Assembly: GCF_004010195.1 (NCBI RefSeq)
Contig: NC_057750.1
Span: 8,337,294-8,401,293 of the forward strand
Direction: 5' to 3'
Length of the DNA stretch: 64,000 nucleotides
DNA from: Chiloscyllium plagiosum
Lineage: Eukaryota
Part shown: piece by piece, positions 59,420 to 64,000 of the stretch
Layout: every line of letters starts with the position of its first letter
Position numbering within the stretch: the first letter of the stretch is position 1
Position numbers and translations under genes: made by a program
Notes under the pieces: generated by a model
Seen by the model: only the letters and a program-made list of their open reading frames with translations
Told to the model about the DNA's origin: nothing
Databases searched by the model: none

Positions 59420-61650
59420 GATGAAGACCAGTTCAGCCAATCGAATGAGGGTGTTGGTGGAGGGGCACTGGTTGGGTCGGCGGGAGAAGAAGAAACTGAG
59501 GGCTTGGAGGCCTGTGAAATAGCAGATGGATGTGTACAGGGACGAGATGTCGATGGGGAAGATGAGGCGCTGGGGAACCGGAAGTCCTGGAGGAGGACAA
59601 CTGTGTGGGTGGTGTACTGGATGTACGTGGGGAGATCCTGGACCAAGGACAGTGTCAAGGTATGCAGAGAAAAGTTCAGGTGGGGCAGGAGCAGGCTGAG
59701 ACAATGGGTCACTGGGGCACTCAGGTTTGTTGATTTTGGGTAGAAAGTAGAACTGGGCGGTGCGGCATTCCTGGACTATGAGGTTCGAGGCTGTTGATGG
59801 GAGATTCCCTGAGGTGATGAGGTTGTGAATGGTGTGGGAGATGATGGTTTGGTGATGAGAGGTGAGGTCATGGTTGAGGCGGTAGTAGGAGGAGGTGTCT
59901 CCGAGTTGGTGCCTGGCTTCAGCAGTGTAGAAGTTGCTGCGCCAAATTATTACTGCGCCATCTGCTGGTTTGATGGTGAGGTTGGGGTTGGAGCGGGGGG
60001 ATGGGACATCAACTACGCTCTTCACCTCCTCCATGACTTTCATTTCCCCACCACGGACATCCAGTCCCTGTACTCAACCATCTGCCATGACGAAGGCCTC
60101 CAAGACCTCTGTTTTTTCCTCTCCTGCCGACTCAACCAGTGCCCTTCCACTGATGCATTCATTCGATTGGTTGAACTGATCCTCACTGTCAACAATTTCT
60201 CCTTCGAATCCTCCCACTTCAGACCAAAAGGGTAGCCATGGGCACCTGCAAGGGCCCCAGCTATGCAAGCCCCTTTGTCGAGTACGTGGAACAGACCATC
60301 TTCCACAGCTATACTGGCACCACTTGCCACCTTTTCCTCTGCTACATCAGTAACTGTATCTGTGCCACCGAGTGCTCCCACGAGGAGGTTGAACAGTTCA
60401 TTAACTTCATAAACACCTTCCACCCTAACCTCAAGTTCACCTGAACCATCTTGGACTTCTCCCTCCCCTCTCTGGACCTCTCCATCTCCATTTTTGCGTT
60501 TGACTCAACACTGACATATACTTCAAACCCACTGACTCTCACAGCTACCTGGACTACACCTCCTCTCACCCTGCCTCCTTTAAAAACGCTATCCCTTATT
60601 CCCAGTTCTTCTGCCTCTGACCAATTCCACTAGATAGATGGCCTCCTTCAGGGACCACAATTTCCCCACCCCCACGTGGTCAACGATGCCCTCCAACGCA
60701 TCTCCTCCACTTCCCGCACCTCCGCCCTTAAACCCAACCCCTCCAATCGCAACAAGGACAGAACCCCTCGGTTCTCACCTTCCAGCCCACCAACCTCTGA
60801 ATACAACGCATCATCCTCCGCCATTTCCGCCACCTACAAACAGACCTCCACACCAGGGATATATTTCCCTCCCCACCCCTATCTGTGTTCCGCAGAGACC
60901 ATTCCCTCCACGACTCCCTTGTTAGGTCCACACGCCCCCACCAACCCAGCCTCCATTCCGGCATCTTCCCTTGCCACAACAAGAAGTGCAAAACCTGCGC
61001 CCACATTTACCCCCTCACCTCCATCCGTGGCCCCAAAGGATCCTTCCACATCCAACAGAGATTTAACTATACTTTCACACACATTATCTACTGTGTCCGT
61101 TGCTCTCTACATTGGGGAGACAGGACGTCAACTTGCAGAATGTTTCAGAGAACATCTCTGGGACACGCACCAATCAACCCCATCGTCTTGTAGCTGAACA
61201 CTTCAACTTCCCCTCCCACTCTGCCAAGGACATGAAAGTCCTTGGCCTCCACCACCGCCAAACTCTAGCCACATGATTCCTGGAGGAAGAACGCCTCACC
61301 TTCTGTCTTGGGACCTCCAACCACACTGGATCAATATTGATTTCACCAGTTTCCTCATGTCCCCTGCTCCCACCTAATCCAAGATCCAACCCTCTAACTC
61401 GGCACCACCCTCTTGGACCTGTCCATTTCCCTTTCACCTATCCACTCCACCCTCCTTTCTGACCTATTGCTGTTAGCCCCACCTCCATTTACCTACCGCA
61501 TGCCCAGCTACTTTCCTGCAACCACACCCCCTCGCAATTATCCGTCAGCCCCCTTGCTCCCCACCCGTCATTCCTAATGAAGAGCGTATGCTTGAAACTT
61601 CGACTCTCCTGCTCCTCGGATGCTGCCTGACTGGCTGTGCTTATCCATAG
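59420..61650 (+). mobile_element. Decayed Neptune-type Penelope-like element (RT + Cys linker + GIY-YIG + pLTR) with inverted 5' segment (~59420-60000, -)
   Basis: Minus: TIKPADGAV...FYFLPKINKP...DISSLYTSI. Plus: DIQSLYSTI...NNFSF...GVAMGT...GPSYA...FHPNLKFT...CHNKKCKTC...IIYCVRC...YIGETGRQLAECFREH. Family-A pLTR at ~61565-61645. Confidence 0.9.
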
Positions 61651-61651
61651 C

Positions 61652-62342
61652 TGAAAATGTGTTGCTGGAAAAGCGCAGCAGGTCAGGCAGCATCCAAGGA
61701 GCAGGAGAATCGATGTTTCAGGCATGAGTCCTTCTTCAGGAATGAGGACAGTGTGCTAAGCAGCTAAGATAAAAGGTAGGGAGGAAGGACTTGGGGGAGG
61801 GGTGTTGGAAATGCGATAGGTGGAGGGAGGTTAAGGTGAAGGTGATAGGCCAGAGTGGGAGTGGGAGCAGAGAGGTCAGGAAGAAGATTGCAGGTTAGGA
61901 AGGTGGTGCTGAGTTCGAGGGTTGGGACTGAGACGAGGTGGGCCGAGGGGAAATGAGGAAACTGGAGAAATCTGAGTTCATCCCTTGTGGTTGGAGGGTT
62001 CCTAGGCGGAAGATGAGGCGCTCTTCCTCCAGCCGTCATGTTGCTATGGTCTGGTGATGGAGGAGTCCAAGGACCTGCATGTCCTTGGTGGAGTGGGAGG
62101 GGGAGTTGAAGTGTTGAGCCACGGGGTGGTTGGGTTGGTTGGTCCGGGTGACCCAGAGGTGTTCTCTGAAACGTTTTGCAAGTAGGCGGCCTGTCTCCCC
62201 AATATAGAGGAGGCCACATCGGGTGCAGCAGATGCAGTAAATGATGTGTTCGGAGGTGCAGGTGAATTTGTGGCGGATATGGAAGGATCCCTTGGGGCCA
62301 TACCACATTTTTCTTCCAGCATCTGCAGTCCTCAATTTCTCC
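61652..62342 (-). mobile_element. Second PLE 3' fragment (GIY-YIG + family-A pLTR), tail-to-tail with the previous element
   Basis: ORF 62036-62344 GPKGSFHIRHKFTCTSEHIIYCICCTRCGLLYIGETGRLLAKRFREH...HPVAQHFN; core CTGAAGA-AGGACTCATGCCT-GAAACATC. Confidence 0.9.
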
Positions 62343-63489
62343 ATGGTTACTAATAGACAATAAATGACAACTTATTTGATACAGGAGCTTCTTGTTCGAC
62401 CACCACCTGGCTTTCCTTCACCACTTCAGACCATGTGGACCTTGTAGATCCCTACTGTGAAAGAAGATGGTAGCTGCAAACTTACTCTGTGGTGAGCAGC
62501 AGGACAGAGAGCTTGGACAATGCTGTAAAGCAACTTCAGCTATTCTTGCAATGATGAAAGCCTGATATAAATGCAGTTTTGTTCAGACAAATAGCCAGAT
62601 TCTGCAATGAAGCCGAGAGCCCTCATCAGTGTTTACTGCCTGATGGAGTCTTAGACATGTGGAGCATGGGGTTAAAACAAAGCCTCAAGCTACTCTCATT
62701 TTTAAAAATGGTCCCAAGGTAGGGTTTCCTTTTATTACATTGGAGCAACACTTTGAGGGAGGAGAGTCTGAGTCTGCACTGTCCAAAGATTTAAAGGGGC
62801 TAAATGATGGGATCACGATCAATAGGGTCAGCTTAGGAATTGGAGCTGAAAAGCATTGTTCAGCTGGATGAGAAACTATTTCTGCTGGTGTTCTAGCTGG
62901 GGAGGGAAGGGTGGGATCTGGGCTGCTTAAGGATGATGTCAGGAAGACTCCATCCCAAAACTCCACCCCCACCCCCATGGGCACACGCGCACACAAAGAT
63001 GTGAGGCTCCACAAAAACTTCAGAGGTTGTTAGTATTTTTGTCATGACTGTATTCAGAGTTATAGAAATATTGGATAAGCATGGTGGTGGATGGAATTTA
63101 TATGTTCTCATTGTAGAGCAGAACAGTCTCGAAGGGCTGAATGGCCTCTTCCTGCTGCTGATGTATTTCCAGTGCCCTCAATGTTGCTTTTTTACTCAAA
63201 TCTGTCCAGTTCCTCCCCATGATCCAATTGTTTCCATTTATTACATGCACCATGTTAGTTACAAAATGAAGTTTACTTCTGCGTTGGCAGTGTTCTGTTG
63301 GCCCTTAATTTAAGGCCAGTTTGGAGAACCTGCTCTGTTTCTGTAAAGCCAGAGTACTGTTCAATGCCTCTGCCCCATCATACTCCACAGTGGAGTACCT
63401 TGTACTTGACTGGGACAGATGATCATGTACTTGTCTTGTTGAGGCTGACAATGTGCATCAGAACTGAGACCATCCAACCAACAGCCTGG

Positions 63490-63772
63490 GAAGAGATGGC
63501 CTAATGGTGTTATTGCTAGACTATTAATCTAGGAATCCAGAGAATGTTCCAGAGACCTGGGTTTGAATTCCAACATGGTGGAATTAAGAGCCCAATGAAA
63601 TGTTGTCAACTGTTGGGAGAAACCCATCCTCTGCTAATGCCCTATTGGGAAGGAAATCTGCTGGTCTAGTCTCTGTGACTCCCAGACTCAAGGCTATGTG
63701 GTTGACTTTTAACTGCCCTCTTGGCAAATAGTGATGGACAGTAAATGCTGGCCCAGCCAGTGATGCCAACAA
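63490..63772 (+). mobile_element. SINE-X, near full length
   Basis: Head GATGGCCTAATGGTGTTATTGCTAGACTATTAATC...GGGTTTGAATTCC; tail TAAATGCTGGCCCAGCCAGTGATGCC. Confidence 0.75.
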
Positions 63773-64000
63773 AGAATCCCTACAGTATGGAAGCAGGCCA
63801 TTTGGACCATTGAGTCCCTCTAAACAGCATCATGCCCGGAGCCACCCCACCTATCCTACCCCTCTAATCCTGCATTTGCTATGGCTAACCCACCTAGCAT
63901 GGACACTGGGCAAGTTTTAGCATGGCCAATCCACCTAACCTGTACATCTTTAAAAATAGGAGGAAAGCCATACAGACACATGGGGATACATGGGGATACA
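63773..64000 (-). mobile_element. HE1-type SINE 3' part (cut by the window end)
   Basis: GAATCCCTACAGTATGGAAGCAGGCCATT...TTTAGCATGGCCAATCCACCTAACCTGTACATCTTT. Confidence 0.75.

Overview
Eukaryotic, repeat-dense genomic DNA, almost certainly from a cartilaginous fish (shark). The evidence is the HE1/V-SINEs, shark-type CR1 (HER1-like) LINEs and Deu-domain SINEs. There are three assembly gaps (5559-5648, 41972-42471, 45018-45275). No intact protein-coding gene can be identified. A CpG island at ~4.6-5.4 kb ends in a strong splice donor (5290) and probably marks exon 1 of a + strand gene, so most of the window is likely its long first intron(s). A second promoter/first-exon candidate lies at ~45.6-46.1 kb. 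The rest is decayed retroelements (CR1, L2, another CR1/L2-group LINE, a Rex1-like LINE, a Gypsy element with a solo LTR, several SINE families, Penelope-like elements), a ~69-bp minisatellite and a decayed tRNA-Asn(GTT) gene. The most notable pattern is Penelope-derived pseudo-LTRs carrying minimal hammerhead-ribozyme cores in at least four sequence families. Several occur as ~200-bp self-complementary palindromes, each bounded by its own 9-15 bp target-site duplication (TSD). An unidentified ~228-codon decayed reading frame at 58.6-59.3 kb is also flagged. Repeat family names come from recalled motifs, not database searches, and repeat boundaries are approximate unless fixed by a TSD.
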